Part shown: piece after piece, positions 20,103 to 28,734 of the stretch
Numbering within the stretch: the first letter of the stretch is position 1
How the letters are laid out: each line of letters starts with the position of its first letter
From: Candidatus Firestoneibacteriota bacterium
GTDB lineage: Bacteria; Oederibacteriota; D2-FULL-39-29; JBBTED01
Direction: 5' to 3'
DNA: 45,347 bases
Assembly: GCA_038042445.1 (NCBI GenBank)
Contig: JBBTED010000033.1
Span: 1-45,347, forward strand
The notes under the pieces: generated by a model
Databases searched by the model: none
What the model was told of the DNA's origin: nothing
What the model saw: the letters and a program-made list of their open reading frames with translations, nothing else
Position numbers and translations under genes: made by a program

Positions 20103-20450
20103 GGAAATGGGAAGGTAGATGGTATCCCCCTACTGAAGTGTTTTGGGAATATATGGTTTAAGGAATTAAAAGATAAAATAAAAGAAATATTAAGAAATAA
20201 CGGATTAAATGGAATTAAAAAGCAGGTATCAAAGCCTTACACATGTCAAGAAAATGAGTTTAAACGCAAGTTAGAAGGTAAATTTGAAAAAGAAAACTGG
20301 AAGAATGTAGATTATGAAGCAACAAACATTTCAAACGTATATGATTCACAATATTGGAAATTCAAAAGAGTAAAAGAATATTACAAAGAAATTGAAGATA
20401 TATATTTAGATAAAGCAATAAAAGAAGCAAAAACGATTATGAACAGTTAA
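20103..20450 (+). other. Start-less open frame (about 115 codons) inside the IS left end; passenger or fragment
   Basis: Open from the IR to TAA at 20450 with protein-like composition. The TTG used by the ORF track (20067) is outside the element, and the only in-frame ATG is 3 codons before the stop. Confidence 0.5.
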
Positions 20451-21618
20451 AAAATAAATGGAACACATAAGCTAAATCTCCTAAAATGATTGTGTCAACA
20501 AAACCAAAAAAGGAGGTGCTGTATGTGTCCCATACCATATTATACAATGATACGAAAAAGTAAAGAGAAAATATACTTCAGATTAAAATTAGTTATGTAT
20601 GCTGAAAAACATGGAGTAAAGCCTTGTGCCAGAGATTTTAATACTACACCTAAAACCGTAAGGAAATGGGTAAAAAGATACAAGTTTCAAGGATATAACG
20701 GTTTAGAAGAGAAATCCAAAGCTCCACATAATATACCGCATAAGATTAAACCTGAATTAGAAAAAGAAATAATCAAGTATAAGAAAAGTTTGCCTAGTTG
20801 GGGAGCATTAAGGCTAAAACGAGATTTTGACTTGCCTTGTAGTGAAAAAGTTATATCAAGAGTATATAAAAAAAATAACTTAACAAAAATTAAAAGAAAA
20901 AACCATCAAACAAAAAATGATTTAAGGGAAATGAAACGAGCATGGAAATTGTTCAGCCATAATCAGATAGATACAAAAGATTTAATAGATATACCTGAGT
21001 ATTTTATACAAATGAGGATGTTTGATTTGCCTAAAGTTCAATATACTTACAGAGAAGTTGTATCTGGATTACAATTCACTGGTTTTGCTTGTGAAAGATC
21101 ACTTACTAACTCAAAAATATTTGTTCAGAAAATAAAAGAACATCTTGTGAAGTGTAATGTTCATTTAAAGAATTCGATATGGCAAACTGATAATGGGAGC
21201 GAATTTATTGGGAGTTGGAACGCAAAGAATAAAAGTATATTTACAAAAGCAATAGAAGATAATACACCCAATTGTATACATCAAACTATTCCACCGGGAG
21301 CACACAGATGGCAAGCTGATGTTGAAACTGTTCATCGTTTGATAGAAGATGAATTTTATGAAGTTGAAAACTTTACATCTAAAAAAGATTTTTCACAGAA
21401 AATTACTGCATACCAATATTTCTTTAATGCAGTTAGACCAAATTCTTACAAAGGTGGCAAAACTCCTCTTGAGATTATTCAAGAAAGAGAACCAACGATT
21501 GATCCTAAAATTGTATTACTACCACCTATTTCCCTTGATGATGAATTTGAAAAATTATATACTAAATTAGATCCTGAAAAAATTGCAACAGGGGGTTACC
21601 ATCTACCCTCTTATCCCT
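20103..21618 (+). mobile_element. Insertion sequence, IS481-like DDE element with long direct repeats
   Basis: Imperfect terminal IRs: GGTAGATGGTATCCCCCT on the left versus AGGGGGTTACCATCTACC on the right. Direct repeat GAAAATTCAGAATGTGG at 20088-20104 and 21619-21635. The left end is uncertain by 2 bp. Confidence 0.85.
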
Positions 21619-21620
21619 GA
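20523..21620 (+). CDS. Transposase (HTH + integrase core, IS481-like)
   Basis: AGGAGG RBS at 20511-20516; HTH (TPKTVRKWVKRY); putative DDE triad in QIDTK, QTDNGSEF and DVETVHR. Confidence 0.9.
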   Translation: MCPIPYYTMIRKSKEKIYFRLKLVMYAEKHGVKPCARDFNTTPKTVRKWVKRYKFQGYNGLEEKSKAPHNIPHKIKPELEKEIIKYKKSLPSWGALRLKRDFDLPCSEKVISRVYKKNNLTKIKRKNHQTKNDLREMKRAWKLFSHNQIDTKDLIDIPEYFIQMRMFDLPKVQYTYREVVSGLQFTGFACERSLTNSKIFVQKIKEHLVKCNVHLKNSIWQTDNGSEFIGSWNAKNKSIFTKAIEDNTPNCIHQTIPPGAHRWQADVETVHRLIEDEFYEVENFTSKKDFSQKITAYQYFFNAVRPNSYKGGKTPLEIIQEREPTIDPKIVLLPPISLDDEFEKLYTKLDPEKIATGGYHLPSYP

Positions 21621-21689
21621 AAATTCAGAATGTGGGAAATTTCCCAAAAACAGGAATCCAGAGAAATATATAAATGAATAATAAAAATA

Positions 21690-21753
21690 TTGTAGCGGTT
21701 GCCGTAAGGCAACAATATTATATTGTAAAGTCAGCTTACGCTGACCGCTACAA
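21690..21753. repeat. GTAG-type REP doublet (family B)
   Basis: GTAGCG-GTTGCC-GTAA-GGCAAC and the inverted GTAGCG-GTCAGC-GTAA-GCTGAC. Confidence 0.75.
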
Positions 21754-21766
21754 ATACAAACTAATA

Positions 21767-22000
21767 TTAATTTATTTGTAAATCAAGAACAGCTATTGGA
21801 GTTGCTTTTTCTTCAGAATATTTTTCAATAGTTTTATCTGTAACAGTTTGAACAAGTTTTTGAATAGAATTTATTAAATCTTTTTCTGCATAGCATTTCT
21901 CCATTTCTGCAGATATTAATTCAGCACTTTCAACATTGATTATTCTAATATTTATCAGATAATCCTTGCTCCATATTTTCACCAGTAAAAACAGATTCAT
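21767..22000 (-). pseudogene. Probable fragment of a CsgG/FlgO-like domain protein
   Basis: YLINIRIINVESAELI resembles the end of a CsgG-like domain. IAVLDL just before the stop resembles the start of another such domain. Confidence 0.4.
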
Positions 22001-22038
22001 AAGGATAATCCTGATTCATAATTTCTCTACCTACTGTA

Positions 22039-22359
22039 TCATACGTTTTTAGAATTGATCTTTATACCTTTTTTATAAGTCTCTATAATAGCTATTTCTC
22101 CATTTTCATTATAAATCCTACTTATGCCTTCCTGTTTGTCATCTTTATAATTCCACTCTATCCACAGTTTTCCGCTCTCATAATATTCTTTAATAAGACC
22201 ATTTGGTATTTTTCCTGTATTTTTAACAATATTGTTTTTTATATCAAATATTTTTTTAGCTATTTCTTTGCCATTATTATAATAAATCATTTCTTTTAGT
22301 TTTCCATTAGGATATTCTTTTGATTTTATAGTTACTTCTCCAATATTATTCTTATTCAT
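22039..22359 (-). CDS. MORN-variant repeat protein (YwqK-like)
   Basis: Repeated Y.NG.L / YYESGKL / YNENGEI units. Confidence 0.75.
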   Translation of the reverse strand: MNKNNIGEVTIKSKEYPNGKLKEMIYYNNGKEIAKKIFDIKNNIVKNTGKIPNGLIKEYYESGKLWIEWNYKDDKQEGISRIYNENGEIAIIETYKKGIKINSKNV

Positions 22360-22367
22360 ATTTTTTA

Positions 22368-22733
22368 TTATTCCCTAATTCTTAAATTCCCATTTTTAAA
22401 AACACAGAATTTATTGGGAAGTTTATCAGAATATCTTTCTAAAATAGTTTCTATTATTTTAACTTTTTCATTAGATCTTGCGTCTTCAAGTCTTAACAAT
22501 AACACTCCGGTGTGTAATAATCCTGAATTGTAAACCAATTCCCCAAAATCTTTATCCATAGTAATAATCATTCGGTTTTCAGAAACTGCTATTTTTAGTA
22601 TCTCTGAATCAAGCATACGTGGATTTATATCTCTCACACTACTTATACCATATCCGTGTTCAATAAGCCAATGTTCTACTTTTTTACCAACTCCAACATC
22701 AACTAAAAATTTTAATATTTTCCCTTCCATCAT
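22368..22733 (-). CDS. DUF5615 family PIN-like toxin
   Basis: KFLVD, DSEIL..A..ENR.IITMDKDFGEL and GVLLLR motifs. Confidence 0.85.
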   Translation of the reverse strand: MMEGKILKFLVDVGVGKKVEHWLIEHGYGISSVRDINPRMLDSEILKIAVSENRMIITMDKDFGELVYNSGLLHTGVLLLRLEDARSNEKVKIIETILERYSDKLPNKFCVFKNGNLRIRE

Positions 22734-22978
22734 TAAACACCCACTGAAATTTTAAAAACCTGTTCTTCACTAATTATTTCAGTTGCATAAAGTAAAACCG
22801 CTTGAATATCTTGATGCTCCAACTCAGGATAATCTTCAAGTAATTCCTTAGTTGTTATCCCATTAGCTAAGGACTGTAAAATTTGTTCAACTGTAATCCT
22901 TAAACCTCTAATAGTTGGTTTACCGACCATTACATCAGGATTGGTCGTAATTCTCTCTAATAACTGTATATCTTTCAT
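22733..22978 (-). CDS. DUF433 family antitoxin
   Basis: RITTNPDVMVGKPTIRGLRITVEQIL...LLEDYPEL signature. An alternative GTG start lies at 22987. Confidence 0.9.
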   Translation of the reverse strand: MKDIQLLERITTNPDVMVGKPTIRGLRITVEQILQSLANGITTKELLEDYPELEHQDIQAVLLYATEIISEEQVFKISVGV

Positions 22979-23032
22979 TGAAATCACCCCCCAATAATGA
23001 CAAATATAATTATACTCTATTTTTGGAATAAC

Positions 23033-23725
23033 TCAATATATTTTTCCGTCGATTAGGTGGACTATGCGGTCAGAGGATTTTGCGAGGTCTTCGTTGTGGG
23101 TAACGATAATTAAAGTTTTATTTTCTTGTCTAACCAAATTCCATAAAATATCTTTAACGGAATTTGCGGTTTCTTTATCTAAATTTCCTGTTGGTTCGTC
23201 TGCTAATAATAATTCGGGGTTACAAGATAAAGCTCTTGCGATTGCAACTCTTTGCTGTTCTCCACCGGACAATTCATTTACATTATGAGATAAACGTTCA
23301 GCCAATCCCACATTTTCTAAAAGTTTAACTGCATTATTTTGAGATCCTTCACTTCGTTCAGGATGACGCTTCGCGTCATTTTGTATCATCATTGGAATCA
23401 TAACATTTTCAAGGGCGGTAAATTCCGGTAATAAATAATGAAATTGAAAAATAAATCCTATTTTTTTATTTCTTAAAGCTGACAATTCTTCATCACATAA
23501 TGAAAATACATCTGTGTTTTCTATATATACATTTCCTTCTGTAGGCCGAATGAGTGTGCCAAGTATATGTAATAATGTGCTTTTTCCAGAACCTGATGGG
23601 CCTAATATTGCAACTATTTCGCCTTTTTTTACTGTTAAGTTAATTCCCTTTAGAATATGCAATCTCTTTCCCGGAATATCAAAAAACTTATGCAAATCTT
23701 TAATTTCTAATTTTATGTCACTCAT
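23033..23725 (-). CDS. lolD: Lipoprotein-releasing ABC transporter ATPase
   Basis: GPSGSGKST, FQFHYLLPEF, LSGGEQQR and ADEPTGNLD motifs; follows a lolC/E gene. Start at MSDIKL overlaps the upstream stop. Confidence 0.88.
   Translation of the reverse strand: MSDIKLEIKDLHKFFDIPGKRLHILKGINLTVKKGEIVAILGPSGSGKSTLLHILGTLIRPTEGNVYIENTDVFSLCDEELSALRNKKIGFIFQFHYLLPEFTALENVMIPMMIQNDAKRHPERSEGSQNNAVKLLENVGLAERLSHNVNELSGGEQQRVAIARALSCNPELLLADEPTGNLDKETANSVKDILWNLVRQENKTLIIVTHNEDLAKSSDRIVHLIDGKIY
23341..23380. repeat. Palindromic REP-like element inside lolD
   Basis: The minus strand reads AATGACGC-GAA-GCGTCATCCTGAACGAAGTGAAGGATCTC and is translated as NDAKRHPERSEGS. Confidence 0.7.
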
Positions 23726-24956
23726 ATCGTATTGCTTCCACTGGGTCAAGTTTTGATGCTTTATACGCTGGATAAATTGTTGCCAAAAAACTTAAAAATA
23801 TAGATGAAAAGATTACAAGCAAAATATCGGAAATTTTCATTTGAACAGGCAAATTGGTTATATAATATACATCACTTGATAATTTTATGAAATGATATTT
23901 ATCCAAAGCGAAACTCAAACCAATACCTATAATACTTCCAAGTATTGTGCCTATTATTCCAATAATAATTCCCTGAAAAATAAAAATTTTAAGTATGCTT
24001 TTGTTAGGAACACCCATTGCTTTTAATATTCCTATACCTTTTGTCTTTTCCATAACAGTCATTATAAGAGAACTCAAAATATTAAACACTGCAATTAGTA
24101 TGATTAGAGTCAATATTATAGCCATTACAACTTTTTCAAGTTTAAGAGCATAAAATAAATTTTTATTCATCTGCATCCAATCTGAAGCAGTATACTGTGG
24201 ACCAAATTGCAAACGTATTTTTTTTGCCACATCTTGTGCAGCATATATATCATCAAGTTTAATAGCAATGCCACTAACTGTATCTTTCATATTAAAAAGT
24301 CTTTGCCCAGCCAAAATATGTATATATGCAAATGTTGAATCATATTCATACATTCCAGATTCAAAAATACCTGAAACTTTAAACACAGAAACTTTAGGTA
24401 TCATTCCAAAAGAAGAAGCAATAAAAGAAGGCGACATCAAAAGAACATCATCGCCAAGACGAATACCAAATCTTTTTGCAAGTTCTGCCCCAAGAATTAT
24501 ACCCGGAATTGGTGTATTTTTTGAAGGAACAAGCATATCCAATGTTCCTTTTTTTAAATTATTATTAATATTTGTAACTTTTGGCTCTAAATCAGGATCT
24601 ATACCCCATACAACAATACCCTCAGCATAACTTTTAGCTTTTAAAATAACCTGTCCTATAACATAAGGCGCAATTCCAGTTATGTGTTCTAAGTTTTGGA
24701 CAGAATTTATAATTTTGGGGTAATCAGGAACAGAAGTTCCACCACTTCCATAGATTGTTATATGTGATTTTACACCTAAAATTTTTGACCTTAAATCAGT
24801 ATTAAAACCATTCATCACTGCAAGTACTATTATAAGTGCAGATACGCCAAGTGTAATACCTAAAGTAGAAATTAAAGTTATTACAGAAATAAGGGCTTGT
24901 TTTTTTCTTGCTTTAAGATACCGTAAAGCTATGAATAATTCATAAGGAATTTTCAT
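23718..24956 (-). CDS. Lipoprotein-releasing ABC transporter permease LolC/E
   Basis: LFIALRYL, VLAVMNGF, GMYEYD and YPAYKASKLDPVEAIRYE motifs. Confidence 0.92.
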   Translation of the reverse strand: MKIPYELFIALRYLKARKKQALISVITLISTLGITLGVSALIIVLAVMNGFNTDLRSKILGVKSHITIYGSGGTSVPDYPKIINSVQNLEHITGIAPYVIGQVILKAKSYAEGIVVWGIDPDLEPKVTNINNNLKKGTLDMLVPSKNTPIPGIILGAELAKRFGIRLGDDVLLMSPSFIASSFGMIPKVSVFKVSGIFESGMYEYDSTFAYIHILAGQRLFNMKDTVSGIAIKLDDIYAAQDVAKKIRLQFGPQYTASDWMQMNKNLFYALKLEKVVMAIILTLIILIAVFNILSSLIMTVMEKTKGIGILKAMGVPNKSILKIFIFQGIIIGIIGTILGSIIGIGLSFALDKYHFIKLSSDVYYITNLPVQMKISDILLVIFSSIFLSFLATIYPAYKASKLDPVEAIRYE

Positions 24957-26065
24957 TTAAGCCAGATGAATTTCCCGTTTTTTACCTGATAAAAATAGAT
25001 TTGTTTGTTTAAATTATCACCTTTTTCATCAAAAGATGTTTTCCCGGTTATTCCATCAAAATCCTTAGTATTTCTCATTTCATTTAATACTATTTTTCTA
25101 TCCAATTTTCCCGCACGTTTAATTGCTTCAATAACTATTTTAGCAGCATCATAAGCATAAGGTGCATAAGTTTTTATTTCTCCATATTTTTGAGTGAATT
25201 TTTCTACGAAATTTTTAGCTGATTCAACTTCATTATACGGAAGCGCAAGAAAACTCATTATGGAACCTTCGGAAGATGCACCACTTAATTTTATAAACTC
25301 AGGAACAAATAACCCATCTCCACCCATAAATATAGTTTTTATTCCCAAGCCCTTTATCTGCTTTACCAGTAATGCTCCTTCTGTATACATTCCTCCAAAA
25401 TATAATAATTCCGGTTTTGTGCCTTTTATTTTAGTAAGAACTGCAGTATAATCCATTTCTCGTGGTGTTATCCCTTCAAATGATAAAACCTGAGCACCTA
25501 AATTTGTTACAGATTTTTTAAATTCTTCTGCTAATCCCTGACCATACGCACTTTTATCATGAATTATTGCTATACGTGTTTTTTTTAGTTTTTTTACTGC
25601 AAATTCGCCTGAATTACCTCCTTGTATATCATCAGTTACACATACTCTAAATATATTTTCAAATCCTTGTCCTGTTATAGCAGGATTTGTAGCAGATGGA
25701 GTAATCATAACTAACTGTGCATCGTGATATACTGCTGATGCTGGAATTGTGCAACCGCTATTTAAATGTCCTATTACAGCCAGAACATCATCATCTACTG
25801 CAAATTTATGTGCTGCATTAACTGCTTCTTTTGGATCCGCTTTGTCATCAAGTGCATATAATTCAAGTTGAACACCATTGATACCACCAATAGCATTCGC
25901 TTCATCAATTGCCATTGCAACACCATTTATCAAGTCCTGACCAATTGCAGCCTGATCTCCTGTTATAGCAGCCACTGCACCAATTTTTATTACTTTTGCT
26001 TTTTTAGAACATCCTGTAAGATTAAAAAATAAAACTGCAATTACTAAACTTACAAATATATTCAT
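24953..26065 (-). CDS. Branched-chain amino acid ABC substrate-binding lipoprotein (LivJ/K-like)
   Basis: LTGC lipobox; DDKADP, GHLNSG, AYGQGLA and YAYDA motifs. Confidence 0.9.
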   Translation of the reverse strand: MNIFVSLVIAVLFFNLTGCSKKAKVIKIGAVAAITGDQAAIGQDLINGVAMAIDEANAIGGINGVQLELYALDDKADPKEAVNAAHKFAVDDDVLAVIGHLNSGCTIPASAVYHDAQLVMITPSATNPAITGQGFENIFRVCVTDDIQGGNSGEFAVKKLKKTRIAIIHDKSAYGQGLAEEFKKSVTNLGAQVLSFEGITPREMDYTAVLTKIKGTKPELLYFGGMYTEGALLVKQIKGLGIKTIFMGGDGLFVPEFIKLSGASSEGSIMSFLALPYNEVESAKNFVEKFTQKYGEIKTYAPYAYDAAKIVIEAIKRAGKLDRKIVLNEMRNTKDFDGITGKTSFDEKGDNLNKQIYFYQVKNGKFIWLK

Positions 26066-27369
26066 TACTTTTTTAATTTTAAATCCTCACCTCCTAATTT
26101 TTTTCCAATTAATTTCATTGCGCAATACTCTCCGCACATTGTGCAAACATCATTATTTTGTAATTTCTTCGCTTTCCTATATTTTTTAGCACGAATTGGG
26201 TCAATTGATAATTTAATCTGCTTATCCCAATCAAGAGATTTCCTTGCCTTAGACATTTCTCTATCCCACTCAATTGCACCTTTGACTCCCTTACTAATAT
26301 CTGCAGCATGACCTGCAATTCTTGCAGCAATTACACCTTCACGAACACCCTCAATATCAGGTAAACCTAAATGCTCAGAAGGAGTCACATAGCATATAAA
26401 ATCTGCACCAGAAGAAGCAGCAACGCAACCGCCTATTGCAGCAGTTATATGATCATAACCAGGAGCAACATCAGTCACTAAAGGTCCAAGCACATAAAAA
26501 GGCGCACCATGACAAATCTTTTTTTCCAAAAGAACATTTGCAGTTATTTCATTTAATGGAACATGACCAGGACCTTCAATCATAACCTGCACACCTTCTT
26601 TTAATGCACGTTCTCTCAACTCACCCAATATTAGCAACTCCTGTATCTGTGCTCTATCAGTAGCATCAATAATTGAACCAGGACGCAGCCCATCACCAAG
26701 ACTCAAAGTTACATCAAATTTCTTTGCGATTTTCAGAATCCTTTCAAAATCTTCATATAATGGATTCTCACAATTATGGTAAAGCATCCATTCAGCAAGA
26801 AACGCACCACCTCTGCTAACTATATTTGCCAGCCTACCTTCATTTTTAAGTCTTTTTAATGTTTCACGCGTAACACCACTATGCACAGTTATGAAATCAA
26901 CACCATCTATTGCATGTTTTTCTATTGCATTAAAAATATCGTCTGAAGTCATATTAAAAATAACTTTTTCTCTTCTTATAATTTCTACTACAGCATTATA
27001 AATTGGAACAGTTCCAATAGGCACATCTGATTTTTTTAAAATTTCCTTTCGAATTTTATCTAAATCACCACCTGTGCTTAAATCCATCACACAATCTGCA
27101 CCAACAGACACAGCGACTTTTAGCTTTGCAAGTTCTACTTTTAAATGAACATAGTCGGGAGACGTTCCAATATTTGCATTTACTTTTGTCCTAAGCCCTT
27201 CACCTATACCACAGGGTTTTTTAATTTTATGTCTGATATTAGCAGGAATTACTATTTTACCATCTGCGATTTTTTTTCTTAAATCTTGAACATCAATTTG
27301 CTCTGATTTACCAACAAACCGCATCTCATCAGTTATTTTACCCCTACGTGCATTTATTAATTGCGTCAT
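26065..27369 (-). CDS. thiC: Phosphomethylpyrimidine synthase
   Basis: KVNANIGTS, SRGG, SLGDGLRPG, EGPGH and CTMCGEYC motifs. Confidence 0.97.
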   Translation of the reverse strand: MTQLINARRGKITDEMRFVGKSEQIDVQDLRKKIADGKIVIPANIRHKIKKPCGIGEGLRTKVNANIGTSPDYVHLKVELAKLKVAVSVGADCVMDLSTGGDLDKIRKEILKKSDVPIGTVPIYNAVVEIIRREKVIFNMTSDDIFNAIEKHAIDGVDFITVHSGVTRETLKRLKNEGRLANIVSRGGAFLAEWMLYHNCENPLYEDFERILKIAKKFDVTLSLGDGLRPGSIIDATDRAQIQELLILGELRERALKEGVQVMIEGPGHVPLNEITANVLLEKKICHGAPFYVLGPLVTDVAPGYDHITAAIGGCVAASSGADFICYVTPSEHLGLPDIEGVREGVIAARIAGHAADISKGVKGAIEWDREMSKARKSLDWDKQIKLSIDPIRAKKYRKAKKLQNNDVCTMCGEYCAMKLIGKKLGGEDLKLKK

Positions 27370-27426
27370 AATTTTCTATTTATGGTCTGTCTTTTTCCAT
27401 CAGACCATACCTTCCTCATTTTCAAT

Positions 27427-28734
27427 TTAAAAGTTTTCAAAATCTAATTTTCCTTCTTTTTTCATCCCGTTTAAACCCTTTTTTATAACCTCAGCGTCTT
27501 CCTTAAGTGCTTCTTTAAGGTCTTTCTTTTGATTAAAAGCTGATTCCAAACTAAGTGCATTACCAGTAAAAATGTCACTTAAACATCTTTCTCCAAAAAA
27601 TGGATCTTTTAAACTGTCTAAAAAAGCCTGAGCATGTTCAGGCTTTTCTCCAGGTCTCAAAAACAAATCAGAACTCTGAATAGATTTCAAAATCGGAACG
27701 TCACTATTTACTTTACACATCTCCTCCTGAAAAGGAACACCTGCTAAATAATTTAATAATTTTAATGCACCTTCAGTATTTTTACCTTTGTTTAAAACCA
27801 TCCAAAATACACTATTATTAAGTATCCTTCCATTTTTATTCATTTTAGGAACAACTGCTGCATCAAAATCTAATTCTTTGGTTTTTAAAAGTTCTCTTTT
27901 TAAATAATGTCCACCCATAAGCATAGCTGCACGTCCCATCTGGAAAACCTGATGAGGTTGCATCATACTATCTGTTTGTCCCTTTATCACAAGTGGAGTG
28001 CATTTATAAGTAAATATAAGATCATAGTACCATTTCAAAATATTATATGCACGCTGGTTATTAAGAATAACTTCCGTACCTTTCTGATTTATAACTGTAG
28101 TAGCATTTAGGGGTAACAATCCTTGCAACCATCCTAGTGCATAGATAAATCCGTATTGGGTAATTTTCCCATTTTCATCCCGTTTTGTTAATTTTTTCAT
28201 CGTATCTGTGAATTGTTCAAATGTCCATTTATCTGAAGGAAAATCAATTCCTGCATCTTTGAATATCTTCTTGTTATAGAAAATTACCGCTGGGTTCTGC
28301 CATGCAGGAATTGCCCAATATTTCCCTTTTATCTTACCAACTTCTAAAAATTGTGGTGGATATATATCTTTTTTAATTTTCTGGAATTTTTGATCCTTAG
28401 TTACGAAATCCGTCAAATCATAAAGACTATTTCTATCATACAAATCATATATTTTTGAAGGACCATCTACTATAATATCAGGAGCTACACCTCCAGTAAT
28501 AGATGTAAGTGTTTTTGTGCGAAAAACACCCCAATTCGGAACAAAATTTAGTTTTAATTCATAACCGGGATTTTCTTTTTCAAATACTTTTTTTACCACT
28601 CCCATAATATGTATATTTTCTATAGACCCTGAATACATATATTCAATTTGCACATTTTTATTAGTATTAGTTCTTTGAGTACATCCAACAAACGAGACAA
28701 ACAAAACTATTATTCCCAAAAATCGCTTATTCAT
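27427..28734 (-). CDS. Sugar ABC transporter substrate-binding lipoprotein
   Basis: FVGC lipobox; APDI, FYNKKIFKDAGI, WT and FQMGRAAM motifs. Confidence 0.85.
   Translation of the reverse strand: MNKRFLGIIVLFVSFVGCTQRTNTNKNVQIEYMYSGSIENIHIMGVVKKVFEKENPGYELKLNFVPNWGVFRTKTLTSITGGVAPDIIVDGPSKIYDLYDRNSLYDLTDFVTKDQKFQKIKKDIYPPQFLEVGKIKGKYWAIPAWQNPAVIFYNKKIFKDAGIDFPSDKWTFEQFTDTMKKLTKRDENGKITQYGFIYALGWLQGLLPLNATTVINQKGTEVILNNQRAYNILKWYYDLIFTYKCTPLVIKGQTDSMMQPHQVFQMGRAAMLMGGHYLKRELLKTKELDFDAAVVPKMNKNGRILNNSVFWMVLNKGKNTEGALKLLNYLAGVPFQEEMCKVNSDVPILKSIQSSDLFLRPGEKPEHAQAFLDSLKDPFFGERCLSDIFTGNALSLESAFNQKKDLKEALKEDAEVIKKGLNGMKKEGKLDFENF

Noticed and set aside
19222..21620. Transposase plus ATPase as a Tn7/Mu/IS21-like two-gene element
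   Set aside because: The ATPase is divergent, lies outside the IRs and DRs, overlaps purB and has a paralog away from any transposase.
21699..21712. TGCCGTAAGGCA shared with the tRNA-Leu variable arm
   Set aside because: It is a short GNRA-loop hairpin, too short to infer common origin.
27370..27426. TPP riboswitch upstream of thiC
   Set aside because: The gap is only 57 nt with one hairpin and lacks the conserved CTGAGA and ACCTG segments.
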